A stretch of 64,000 nt of DNA, taken from a virus. How positions within the stretch are numbered: the first letter of the stretch is position 1; the number at the start of each line of letters is the position of its first letter. The position numbers and the translations under genes are program-made. A model generated the notes under the pieces. That model ran no database searches and was not told the DNA's origin. It worked only from the letters and a program-made list of their open reading frames with translations. Location of the stretch: IMG/VR virus record IMGVR_UViG_3300045988_129435. One strand, given 5' to 3'. Positions 51,019 through 60,002 of this stretch are shown piece after piece.

Positions 51019-51344
51019 AACGTATAAAGCTCACAAAGGAAGAAAAAGAAACACTTAGAATCGTTGATAAGTTCAACGGTAAATGCCCTTGCGGTTTCCC
51101 TTTGCACGTCTACAACTTGTCCGTCCGATCACTTGAAAGGAAAGGACTAATAAAAGCCGCCTATCTGGAAGGTGGAGCAGTAGAAGATGCCAGAACCACC
51201 GATGAAGGAAAACACTACCTTTGTGAGAATCCCAATTTACGAAACCCTATCAACTGGACTGTTGTCGGAGTAATAGCCGGGATACTTTCTCTTATCGTGT
51301 CTGTTATAGCCTTATTTATAAGCTGTACTGCAATGTATAGATGA
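51015..51344 (+). CDS. membrane-anchored winged-helix-like protein
   Basis: LSVRSLERKGLIKAAYLEGG resembles a wHTH recognition region; C-terminal TM segment WTVVGVIAGILSLIVSVIALFI; ATGA overlap. Confidence 0.5.
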   Translation: MKRIKLTKEEKETLRIVDKFNGKCPCGFPLHVYNLSVRSLERKGLIKAAYLEGGAVEDARTTDEGKHYLCENPNLRNPINWTVVGVIAGILSLIVSVIALFISCTAMYR

Positions 51345-51349
51345 ATAAG

Positions 51350-51376
51350 AGGGATGCATTTGCATCCCTTTATTTA
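51350..51376 (+). terminator. rho-independent terminator
   Basis: AGGGATGCA-TT-TGCATCCCT followed by TTATTTAT. Confidence 0.65.
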
Positions 51377-51402
51377 TGTCAACGACCCAATATCCCTATA
51401 TT

Positions 51403-52062
51403 TTAGATAGGAAGAACATTCGGATATTTCCGATAATACAATTTAGTCAATGTGGATTTAAGGCTGTTATAGTCTTTGATAAAGCCTAGATCTATCCATT
51501 GGGCTATCTGTAATTCCAACTCATACAATTCACGAATTTTAGCTTCATCGCCAATTTTATTACGCATTTCTGATTCATGCTTACCGTAGACTATGATGTT
51601 TAGAGACTTGGCCAAGTCCTTGACTTTTTGTTTGAATAGGTCATCTGGCAAAATAGAACTGACCGCTTTACACATGGATGGGTATGCATCACCAGCAAGA
51701 TTGCGGAATTTTATCATTTCATCATATACAAATTTGAGAACATCATATTTAAATGAGGGATTTATCCACATCGCAAAATCAATAAAAAGCAGTGGATGCA
51801 TCCATGTGCCCGCGTTATCACCCTTATTTGCCCTTGATTTATGATAGGGGTAATTACCCGTATCATAATTTTCCCTTTCCATTATAGTGAAAATGAACTC
51901 TTTAGTAGAAGATAAATCGAAGTAGTCATTAACTTCTTTCTTCATTCCTTTTAATTGATTCCACTGTTTTAATAAATCTGTAGCATTGAAAAATGCATCT
52001 TTCGTTCTCTGAATTACCTTAAATTCACCCATTGGGCGAATCATAATCTGATTAGTCTTCAT
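51403..52062 (-). CDS. KilA-N domain protein
   Basis: FNATDLLKQWN...GTWMHPLLFIDFAMWINPSFKYDVLKFV; start placed at MKTNQIM. Confidence 0.75.
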   Translation of the reverse strand: MKTNQIMIRPMGEFKVIQRTKDAFFNATDLLKQWNQLKGMKKEVNDYFDLSSTKEFIFTIMERENYDTGNYPYHKSRANKGDNAGTWMHPLLFIDFAMWINPSFKYDVLKFVYDEMIKFRNLAGDAYPSMCKAVSSILPDDLFKQKVKDLAKSLNIIVYGKHESEMRNKIGDEAKIRELYELELQIAQWIDLGFIKDYNSLKSTLTKLYYRKYPNVLPI

Positions 52063-52211
52063 AATAATGTCTTTTCGTTCGAGGACGTACCGCACTTCTT
52101 CATGCGGAGATAAAAAGGCGAAAGCCATGCAGGGGGTTGTGACCTACACAGCTTTCTATATCTTAATCCTCTGATTAATTCTAATTTTAATAAGTACAAC
52201 CCAACGCATTG

Positions 52212-52219
52212 CAAATATA
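52212..52219 (-). promoter_or_regulatory. -7 box TATATTTG
   Basis: Minus-strand TAnnTTTG upstream of the KilA-N gene. Confidence 0.4.
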
Positions 52220-52304
52220 ATAATAATTTTTAAAAGTGATTATATAACTAACAATCAACATATTCTTTTAACTATTTTGTGATTCGATTCTCAAATGAAA
52301 TTGA

Positions 52305-52312
52305 TAACTTTG
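52305..52312 (+). promoter_or_regulatory. -7 box TAACTTTG
   Basis: Plus-strand TAnnTTTG 28 nt upstream of ATG 52341; TTTG at 52276-52279. Confidence 0.45.
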
Positions 52313-52340
52313 CATTGTGATACATATATAGCAGTACAAC

Positions 52341-52586
52341 ATGGGTAACTGGAGCGAAAGACAAGAAGAAAAACGAGAAGGAAAAGAGAAAGAGAAGACA
52401 AGCCGAGAAACGCTCGGAAAGTATTTCTATGACTTATCAAAACTTTCTTTTACTGCTTTATTCCTAGGTGGTGGAGTATCTTTAGTATTGGATTTCCAAA
52501 ACATTAATTATTGGGTACTTGTTTCTTTTGGTGCTTTTACTTCTTTTATCTTTGCATATATTGGATATAAAATACTTAAAAAATAA
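52341..52586 (+). CDS. small membrane protein with charged N-terminus and two TM segments
   Basis: 81 aa; N-terminal EEKREGKEKEKTSRE, then two hydrophobic segments. Confidence 0.5.
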   Translation: MGNWSERQEEKREGKEKEKTSRETLGKYFYDLSKLSFTALFLGGGVSLVLDFQNINYWVLVSFGAFTSFIFAYIGYKILKK

Positions 52587-52592
52587 ATAGTT

Positions 52593-52697
52593 ATGAATGG
52601 ATTAACAATAATATTTATATTTACTAGCGTTGTTGGCGCAGGGATAGCTATTTGGCTTAACACCAAATCCGGAAAAAGATGGCTCAATAGCCTATGA
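52593..52697 (+). CDS. 34-aa single-TM peptide
   Basis: Hand-found: MNGLTIIFIFTSVVGAGIAIWLNTKSGKRWLNSL, 6 nt after the preceding stop. Confidence 0.35.
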   Translation: MNGLTIIFIFTSVVGAGIAIWLNTKSGKRWLNSL

Positions 52698-52731
52698 TAA
52701 TTAATAGTATTAAACTTGTAATAGATAAAAG

Positions 52732-52757
52732 CGTCATGTAGAGTGACGCTTTTTTAT
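52732..52757 (+). terminator. rho-independent terminator
   Basis: AGCGTCA-TGTAGAG-TGACGCT followed by TTTTT. Confidence 0.7.
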
Positions 52758-52893
52758 TGCAGTTATACAATATAAGGCAGATTAAAAGCTGAAAACAAAA
52801 TGTCAAAGAACGATTTGCCGATAATAGGAGTTGAGCCAATCGACACAGGCTTATTATTAGTTTAATATTCGTACATGGTTTTGTGGATGATAA

Positions 52894-53676
52894 TCATATA
52901 ATATATTTCTTATGATCTATCAGAGCATTTGCAACAGAGCGTGATGCCCTTCTGCTAGCAACTTCACACTTACCATTACCTCGTATATCTTTTTTGTCTA
53001 TTTCATCGGAAGCGAGCGCTTCAGCAAGTCCAACAGCGGCAAGTTCTACACGAGACATATTATCACGAACGCTTTGACCTTTGATTAAACCTTTCTTTTC
53101 ACGAACGACCGATGCCGTACCACCGTACAAGGGCTCGTATATTGCGTTTGTGCAATTTCTGTAACCTTCTCCTGTCACTCCATGAGCGGCAAGCGTCTTG
53201 GTAAATTCGTTACGTGAATCTATTGATTTTAGTCTTTCAGAAATCCATTTGTTGTCTTTGCCTCTTTTCTTATAAGCTTTAATATATCGTTGACCTATCA
53301 AATCGGGGTTCTTTTCTTCTTCTATTCTTTGAAAGAAAACCTCATTGACTAATACATGAAGCGCAGGGTCAAGATATTTTGCATAAGCAAGAGCTATTTG
53401 TCTATGGGCATACGAACCACCTAATTTACCGCGCTTTGTTTTTATAATACGGTTTGAAACCGTATTTAAAATCCCGGATACCGTATTAACTAATTCAGAT
53501 GCAATATCTTGTCTAAGCCAATCGTTGGGATTTTTGCTTTTTGGTGAGCCTGCAATTTTCCACAAATCAGTAAGTGACAACAGATCACCGTCCTTGCCAA
53601 TCGTATCTAATACGTTAGCATCGTACTTTTTAATTTCTGCTTTCTTTCTCATGATATGATTATTTTTCAAAATCAA
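52894..53676 (-). CDS. KilA-N domain protein
   Basis: LSLTDLWKIAGSPKSKNPNDWLRQ...GSYAHRQIALAYAKYLDPALHVLV. Confidence 0.7.
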   Translation of the reverse strand: MILKNNHIMRKKAEIKKYDANVLDTIGKDGDLLSLTDLWKIAGSPKSKNPNDWLRQDIASELVNTVSGILNTVSNRIIKTKRGKLGGSYAHRQIALAYAKYLDPALHVLVNEVFFQRIEEEKNPDLIGQRYIKAYKKRGKDNKWISERLKSIDSRNEFTKTLAAHGVTGEGYRNCTNAIYEPLYGGTASVVREKKGLIKGQSVRDNMSRVELAAVGLAEALASDEIDKKDIRGNGKCEVASRRASRSVANALIDHKKYII

Positions 53677-53798
53677 TTTGCGCAGACAATATTTCTAACA
53701 AAGCCTGCAATTGTCCAACGATGTAAGGTTTTATATCTTCACTACAATTACTCGTAAATGCAACAAGCTTTTCTGATAGCTTATGCCATTCTTGCAAC

Positions 53799-54059
53799 TC
53801 ATTCGGTTTCATCATTATCAGAAGACTTATGAAACCCAGAAAAGGAACGAGGAACGATATTCGATTCTATTCTTTCATCCAATATTTCTTTTTTCAACAA
53901 TAGCATTATGCCATCATAACTTGACGATAGTTCTGATACAACTTCCCAACCTTGGCTACCTAAAACATTGAGTTTATCAGTAGTGTATTCTTGATAATTA
54001 TGCCTATAACCATCGTCCATAGGACGAAGTAGAAATGTTCTATATTCGTATTTCTTCAT
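53799..54059 (-). CDS. DUF4177-like protein
   Basis: MKKYEYRTFLL...LNVLGSQGWEVVS pattern. Confidence 0.6.
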   Translation of the reverse strand: MKKYEYRTFLLRPMDDGYRHNYQEYTTDKLNVLGSQGWEVVSELSSSYDGIMLLLKKEILDERIESNIVPRSFSGFHKSSDNDETE

Positions 54060-54070
54060 TTTTCTATTTA

Positions 54071-54724
54071 TTAGTTTATATTTGAAATCCCCATTCCAAA
54101 AACAACATCAAGTATCTCATCGGGGTAAACTTTCACTGTTCCCCAACGGACATCATGGATTTTTGTCGGCTCAACACCGCGTTTCTTGCAGAGAGCTGAC
54201 GCTTTCCGTCCCATCGCTCCGTAGCGTGAGACATCCAGTTTGATACTGTTTCTTGATATGTAGGCTACGATTGTGGATTGGTGCAGGTCCGTGGTAGTAC
54301 GCTGCTTGATTTCCTCAATCTCCGCTTGCATTTGTTCCTGCTTGCTTTCCAAAGCCTTCATCTTACGTTCATTCTCAACGTTGAATTGCGCAAGTTGGAG
54401 AATAAGCTCGGAAGGAGTAAGAGACTGTTTAGCCATAGGTTCAGCCTTACCTGTTTCGAGGGATTCCCAGCGATCAATAATTTTTTCACGGAGTACTGCG
54501 TCGTAGCCGGATGCGAGGATCAGACAACCTTTCTTGGTGAGATTGAAACATGGTCTTGGTTTCCCTTGATTATCCGAATATTCCGCCAATCCAAAATTGG
54601 ATTCGGCTACTCCTTATGATAATAGATTGCGAATATCACGCATAACATGGGCGTGTTGTTTGCTTGTAAGTTCGGCAATCTCAAGCGAACTCATTGTCTT
54701 GTTTTTAAATAATTCCGTTTCCAT
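54071..54724 (-). pseudogene. Rha-family regulatory protein interrupted by one in-frame TAA
   Basis: METELFKNKTMSSLEIAELTSKQHAHVMRDIRNLLS-TAA(54614-54616)-GVAESNFGLAEYSDNQGKPRPCFNLTKKGCLILASGYD; both parts are in the same frame (verified by hand). Confidence 0.7.
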
Positions 54725-54729
54725 AATAT

Positions 54730-55137
54730 TTATATTTCTGCTAAGTAACCATTCACAACTTCTATAAATTCCTCCAAAGACCGGACAACGACATATTTGT
54801 TTCCAGCCGCCTCGCATTCCTTTTGCCATTCTTTTTGTACCGGTCTTTGGTACTCACCTGGCTTTTTCATTTCTATACACAAAGCACCGTAGAAACGATT
54901 ACTTTTAAGAAGTATCAGATCTGCAACTCCCGAAAGCATCCCTTCTTCTTTCATGTATTCCCCGTTTCTAGCACTTCTTCTTGCTGCGTTAGGAACAGCA
55001 AATAAGATGTTTCTTAATTGGGGGTATTGGTTGCGAAACCATTTAACACAAGATGCTTGTATATTATGTTCTTCACTTTTTGGCTTTCTGCGAATATTGG
55101 TTCCGCAATATTTAGCTTTCATTTCTTCGTATGTCAT
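54730..55137 (-). CDS. VRR-NUC domain nuclease
   Basis: EHNIQASCVKWF...LSGVADLILLKSNRFYGALCIEMKKPG is a PD-(D/E)xK VRR-NUC pattern. Confidence 0.8.
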   Translation of the reverse strand: MTYEEMKAKYCGTNIRRKPKSEEHNIQASCVKWFRNQYPQLRNILFAVPNAARRSARNGEYMKEEGMLSGVADLILLKSNRFYGALCIEMKKPGEYQRPVQKEWQKECEAAGNKYVVVRSLEEFIEVVNGYLAEI

Positions 55138-55955
55138 AATACCCTAGCAAGTTTAAAATCAAGCAACATCAATAACTCATTAAATTTCTCTTTATACCAA
55201 AGTGGATGCGTTTCTTTGGTATTATTAGGGTTGACTTGGTTCTCACCATAAGTAAGCCCGGATTCGGTTATGGATTTGAAATGCTTATCTATACCTTTTG
55301 ATGATTTCCTTTTCATATCACATAAGATACCTTTCTGAATCGCTCTTTGATTAAACGCCTGTGCACTGATAGACAGCCCCGCTTCTTTGAGTAATTCAGT
55401 AGCGGACTTAAGTATCCCATGCGACGGAGTATAATCAGGTGTCGGAAGTCCAAGAGGTGCAGCTACTTTACTAATTAAAGACAATTTAGAAGAATCATTT
55501 AGATTAAGCACTTCACTTACACCTTTTACCCATTCAAGACCAACACGGACTTTAGTTGTTAGTGATGGTTCACGTTTGGGTTTGTTCTGGTTTTCGATTA
55601 CTTTCCGGACGCTTTGGTGGAATACTTGGCGATAAACCTCAAATACCGGTCTGACCTTGCGAGCGATAAAGAATTCCATGCAGGAAACTGTAAGTTTGTA
55701 TTCATTTGTCGGTCTGCCTCCGTTTGAGTTTTCCGCATTTCTGCGTAAAACTTGATAATCAACATTTTCGATAAATTGTTCACTTAAAGTTAGTGCTCTT
55801 ACGGCTTCTTCCTTTCTACCATACACCAACATCCAAACTTCATCGAGATTGATTGGAAACTCATTGTCAGATTTTGACAGTTCAAGAACTGCGTTAAAGT
55901 AACGCTTGATTTCGCTTTCGCTACTCTCTTTAGATAAGATTAAATTCGTTGCCAT
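55134..55955 (-). CDS. AntA/AntB-type antirepressor-like protein
   Basis: FPINLDEVWMLV...FIENVDYQVLRRNAENSNGGRPTNEYKLTVSCMEFFIARKVRP. Confidence 0.6.
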   Translation of the reverse strand: MATNLILSKESSESEIKRYFNAVLELSKSDNEFPINLDEVWMLVYGRKEEAVRALTLSEQFIENVDYQVLRRNAENSNGGRPTNEYKLTVSCMEFFIARKVRPVFEVYRQVFHQSVRKVIENQNKPKREPSLTTKVRVGLEWVKGVSEVLNLNDSSKLSLISKVAAPLGLPTPDYTPSHGILKSATELLKEAGLSISAQAFNQRAIQKGILCDMKRKSSKGIDKHFKSITESGLTYGENQVNPNNTKETHPLWYKEKFNELLMLLDFKLARVL

Positions 55956-55973
55956 ATATTTTAACTTTGGCTA

Positions 55974-56348
55974 TTATTTATTTCTAGACGCTTCCAAAAC
56001 TGGAAGGTTTGTTTCCGTTGGTATGTATATCACAGTTTTATCATTCAGATTGCTTTGCTGACGCACCCACAAATATTGAATATATGCAGGGGTAATACTT
56101 CCATTCTCAATTTTAATCGCTTCGGCAGCACCTTTGGCGCGTTCGATTTCCGCTTGAGCGTTCAGCTTTTCAGCTTCCAGATTAGCTTTAGCTTCTTCAA
56201 TCTTTATTTTACGGTTTTGTTCAGCTTTAGCAAATTCTGCCTTTCCAGACATTTCTTGTTGCCAAACGTTATAATAAGGGATAGCAACAAAACATCCTGC
56301 AACAATTGCGGCAAATATGATAGCCGCCAGAATTCCAAATTTATTCAT
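55974..56348 (-). CDS. N-terminally anchored coiled-coil membrane protein
   Basis: TM segment ILAAIIFAAIVAGCFVAI, then an Ala/Glu/Lys-rich helix. Confidence 0.5.
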   Translation of the reverse strand: MNKFGILAAIIFAAIVAGCFVAIPYYNVWQQEMSGKAEFAKAEQNRKIKIEEAKANLEAEKLNAQAEIERAKGAAEAIKIENGSITPAYIQYLWVRQQSNLNDKTVIYIPTETNLPVLEASRNK

Positions 56349-56510
56349 AATTTCTAATATTGGGTTTTATAGAGCCTCCCAAGGCTCATTTCTGTATTGT
56401 AGTTAATTTGTAGTAGATAGCTTATCACATAGAGAGGAACAAATAACACTCATCGTTCCTCTCTTTTAAACTAGTCTTCAATTATCGCCCAATCTGGCAA
56501 ATATTCTTCA

Positions 56511-57125
56511 CTATTGATCTCCTTCATTAGTATCTGATTTATTATTAGGGATTACTTTTGTTTTACCACCAGTTTTATCAACAATAACCGGTTTGCCACC
56601 TACAGTGGTTTCGGTACATTGCCCTTCAGGGAACTTATTAATAAAGCGAACAACTTCTTTATCTTCTGTTGCATTACTTTCTTCTTTGGCTTCATAAGGG
56701 AATACATCAACAATCGGAGTTTCAGCTACCATACCGATCTGATAATCTGCCATGGTCCCTTTCATGCCTTCATCCAACTTCTTCACTGCGTCACGCAAGT
56801 CGGCAGCTTGTACCAATACTTGTGTGGAAGTCTTCTTCTCTGCACCGCTTTTTTCGTCAAGGGTGATAAAGATCAGTTTGCACTTAAACCAGCGGTCGGC
56901 ACTTTCTTCGTCACTGGGGAAAAGTTCGCTATAGTTGGCACGTTTAATGTCCGATACTGTAAATTCTCCTGTTATAAATGGAGTCATCTCCTCGATAATA
57001 CGTGCTTCTGCTTCTGTAAAGCTGAGTGCATCTACCAGATAAGGTTCCGTCACTTTCTTCTGCATTCCGTTTTCCATTACTTTCTCGTAACGGATTTTAC
57101 ATTCAAACCATGTGTGCATTCCCAT
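56511..57125 (-). CDS. DUF4494-like protein
   Basis: HTWFECKIRYEKVMENGMQKKVTEPYLVDALSFTEAEARIIEEM resembles the Bacteroidota DUF4494 family. Confidence 0.55.
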   Translation of the reverse strand: MGMHTWFECKIRYEKVMENGMQKKVTEPYLVDALSFTEAEARIIEEMTPFITGEFTVSDIKRANYSELFPSDEESADRWFKCKLIFITLDEKSGAEKKTSTQVLVQAADLRDAVKKLDEGMKGTMADYQIGMVAETPIVDVFPYEAKEESNATEDKEVVRFINKFPEGQCTETTVGGKPVIVDKTGGKTKVIPNNKSDTNEGDQ

Positions 57126-57127
57126 AA

Positions 57128-57502
57128 TTATTTGTCTTTTTCAGGTTCGTCAATATATTTATCTGCAAAACGGTCAAGCGCTTTGATACACTTGTCCGGA
57201 AGCTGCTTTGCCGTATCATTCGTCTTGATATAGTCAATCGTGCCACCGACACCATAGATAAGAAGCATTTCTTTAGTCGATGGAATGAAAATACTCGCCA
57301 TCGCTGCTATTACACCACAGACAACAAAGCGTTTCAACCATTTAAAAAAATTGTGTTTTCCACCCTCATCTTCTATCATATCACCTTCCGTTACCAGCAG
57401 AGCAAACAGCATGGTAACGATAACTATCAAAGCTACAATCCATACGACCATAAACGCAGTGGACAGGTTACCAACTACGGTCATCCAATAAATTTCATTC
57501 AT
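57128..57502 (-). CDS. membrane protein (124 aa)
   Basis: Two or three hydrophobic segments. Confidence 0.5.
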   Translation of the reverse strand: MNEIYWMTVVGNLSTAFMVVWIVALIVIVTMLFALLVTEGDMIEDEGGKHNFFKWLKRFVVCGVIAAMASIFIPSTKEMLLIYGVGGTIDYIKTNDTAKQLPDKCIKALDRFADKYIDEPEKDK

Positions 57503-57790
57503 AATGTAAAAAAATTAAATTATTAATATTTGAGGTTATTTTTTCTCTTCCCAGGTTCTTCATATTTCCAGCCGTTAAGCCGGTAGCATTCTTTGAGAGA
57601 AAAAGACTTATCAGAGGGCTTTTGTCTACGACATATAAACTCTCCTTTTTTTGTATTTCTTTTCTTCATCACTTTGTTTTGATTATTTATTCGTTGACAA
57701 CTCATTCAGAAGTGCGTCAGACCGTTTTACCGCTTGTTCTGCAAGATTTGAAAAGGGACCAAAGTTATAATATTCCGTTTCTGACTGTTA

Positions 57791-57988
57791 CTAATCATTG
57801 TAATATTGTGGATAACACCCTTTTATAATCTCTTCTGCATCCTTTTGATGTTGAGTACCTTTTGCTAAAAGTTCAACAGTTGCAGCCAAAATGGAGATTT
57901 TGTTAGAATTGAGCCGATAAGCATCGGCAACCAATTCAGACATTGCATACCGTTTATCGGATAATCCTTTTATCTTAATCTTATTCAT
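57791..57988 (-). CDS. hypothetical protein (65 aa)
   Basis: ORF track. Confidence 0.4.
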   Translation of the reverse strand: MNKIKIKGLSDKRYAMSELVADAYRLNSNKISILAATVELLAKGTQHQKDAEEIIKGCYPQYYND

Positions 57989-58196
57989 TTCTTGATTTTG
58001 TTTTGAATTTGTTCAAAATAGCCCCTTTATTAAATAGCACCATGATAATTAATGCTAAAGCGACTTTCAATAATTGCTTTTTGCCAACAACTATGATATT
58101 ACTACGATTTAACCCATCATCAGTCATGATGCTATACCAATTCTTATAAGGTGGTAATACCTTATAAATATGTATTTTTCCAACTATCTTTTTCAT
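57981..58196 (-). CDS. hypothetical protein (71 aa)
   Basis: ORF track. Confidence 0.4.
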   Translation of the reverse strand: MKKIVGKIHIYKVLPPYKNWYSIMTDDGLNRSNIIVVGKKQLLKVALALIIMVLFNKGAILNKFKTKSRNE

Positions 58197-58260
58197 ATCT
58201 ATTTTGTTTTACGTTAATCCCTGTTTTTCAAGGATTAACAAGAGCTCTGTTAGCAATAAA

Positions 58261-58662
58261 TCATCTTCCGAATATTTCTTCAAATTTACGGTCTAAAACG
58301 TTCAAAATCCTCATTCTTACAGCAGGATCGATGGAAAGATTATCAATTGAGTAAATTCTTGAAATCAGTTGCTCACGAGAACCGCAGAAACAACCGCATG
58401 TATAAAACGGAGCAACGTTTGGGTAATTATGCTTGTACCATAAATGATTTGTACCCTTGATGACTACATAGGTCTCTGTGATTATGAACTCTTCATCGGA
58501 TGGCGTATACCCCGGGGTGTTGGGATTGCCAGCGGCACTGCGGCGGACATCACAGTGGCTATCTTTCGACAGTTCGACAAGGGTATCGACCGGAGTGTTG
58601 GGATTGCCGGCGGCATTGCGGCGGACAGCCCAGTCGCTATTTAAAATTTCATTCTTTTCCAT
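58261..58662 (-). CDS. protein with tandem LRV/HEAT-like repeats
   Basis: VRRNAAGNPNTPVDTL and VRRSAAGNPNTPGYT form a tandem repeat. Confidence 0.5.
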   Translation of the reverse strand: MEKNEILNSDWAVRRNAAGNPNTPVDTLVELSKDSHCDVRRSAAGNPNTPGYTPSDEEFIITETYVVIKGTNHLWYKHNYPNVAPFYTCGCFCGSREQLISRIYSIDNLSIDPAVRMRILNVLDRKFEEIFGR

Positions 58663-58766
58663 TGTATATTTTCTTTTTTAATTTTTTACTTAGTTTTTTA
58701 GCTTGTCTTGCTTTATCAAATTCGCAAGGCTTCTTACAATATTTATCAATTAACTCTGCACTCTTG

Positions 58767-59084
58767 TCAAGGAGCCGAATAATGGTCTGAACATCTGTTT
58801 TGCATACTTCCATTGCTTTTAAGTATATGTTTGCGAATCCAGGAAAAGCCACCATATAGCCATTTGTTTTGCTTACACAATAATAATCTATCACCTTTGG
58901 GATAAAATATAACCCATCCAAATCCTTTCTTAGACACAATAAATTCGAATCCAAAATCATTTCGCTGAATAACATCGTATCCTAAAGATTTGATAGCAGG
59001 AAGGATTGTATTAACAAATTGACTATAACGTTCTTCTCTTCTCTGTTTTACAAATTGTCCGTATTCTTTTCCAGTTTCACTCAT
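58767..59084 (-). CDS. hypothetical protein; 3' part ambiguous (overlapping alternative frame 58649-58975)
   Basis: ATGA-coupled start at 59084; a second long ORF overlaps it in another frame. Confidence 0.4.
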   Translation of the reverse strand: MSETGKEYGQFVKQRREERYSQFVNTILPAIKSLGYDVIQRNDFGFEFIVSKKGFGWVIFYPKGDRLLLCKQNKWLYGGFSWIRKHILKSNGSMQNRCSDHYSAP

Positions 59085-59998
59085 GCTAATTCTATTTTGT
59101 CAAAATCAATACCTTTTGAATTCATAAAATCACCAAGAGCAATGATGTTTTCACGAGTAGTGGTAACCTTGAATGCTCTCGTTAATAATTCAGGTTGTTG
59201 CGATATGGATTGACTAAAAGGTACTTGTTCGTCAGCTTTTTGATTTGCCATTGCAAATGGATTGATCGGACGTGATTTGACTTGTTCTACTTCAACAACT
59301 TTACGAGCTTCTTCTGCTTGTTGCTTTTCTTGTTCCGCTTTAATCTTAGCTTCTTCCGCTGCCTTAGCTCGCTCTCGTTGTTCTTTAAGTCGGTTGGCAT
59401 ATTGGATGGTGGATGTGATGTTAAGTATATCCATATAATAGGTACGAAGCACATCATAATCTTCACCAAAGCCTTTTAGCGTAGATAGCTCGTTTTCAAC
59501 CTTAGCAAATATAACGTCAATATCAGAGCAAACAGACTTCATGCTTGTAGTCTTGTTTAGCCATTCCAGTTTGAACACCTTGTTAAAGTCTACGAGATTA
59601 GTGTTCATGCCATCAAAATAGGTCTTAATGGTGGCTTTCTTCTTGTCCTTGTATTGCTGCTCATTCTGCTTGACTACAGTATCAATCTTAGCGGAGCATT
59701 CACCAATGAGTTTCACCGTTTCGTTTACTACCTCCTTGAATTCTCCAAAAGGTTTCATAAACTCCTTCTCTATTTCAAGGCGTTTGGAGTTGAGAGCTTT
59801 TGCAGCTTTGTTGAGAGAGGCTTTATCTCTCTTTGCCTGATCAATATTGTCATCCGTGTAGTTGGATATATCATACTTCGGCAAATTCGCCATTACAATA
59901 TCTCGGATTTGCTTTGCATTGGTAGTAAGGCTACCTAACGTCTTTTCACTCACGACCAGTTCTAGGTCGCTTTCTTGAATTGCTAATTGTGTTTCCAT
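59081..59998 (-). CDS. DUF1351-like recombination-module protein
   Basis: 305 aa; the N-terminal pattern and the position next to the RecT/exonuclease genes are typical of DUF1351. Confidence 0.5.
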   Translation of the reverse strand: METQLAIQESDLELVVSEKTLGSLTTNAKQIRDIVMANLPKYDISNYTDDNIDQAKRDKASLNKAAKALNSKRLEIEKEFMKPFGEFKEVVNETVKLIGECSAKIDTVVKQNEQQYKDKKKATIKTYFDGMNTNLVDFNKVFKLEWLNKTTSMKSVCSDIDVIFAKVENELSTLKGFGEDYDVLRTYYMDILNITSTIQYANRLKEQRERAKAAEEAKIKAEQEKQQAEEARKVVEVEQVKSRPINPFAMANQKADEQVPFSQSISQQPELLTRAFKVTTTRENIIALGDFMNSKGIDFDKIELA

Positions 59999-60002
59999 TG
60001 CT

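Noticed and set aside
56431-56467. Strong hairpin AGAGAGGAAC-14 nt-GTTCCTCTCT plus TTT as a plus-strand terminator.
   Set aside because: There is no plus-strand gene upstream of it. On the minus strand it lacks a U-tract. It is probably a stabilising or insulating hairpin after the DUF4494-like gene and is not called as a feature.
57523-57705. 60-aa highly basic ORF.
   Set aside because: It lies at the threshold length with no clear start context or motif. It may be real, but support is insufficient to list it as a gene.
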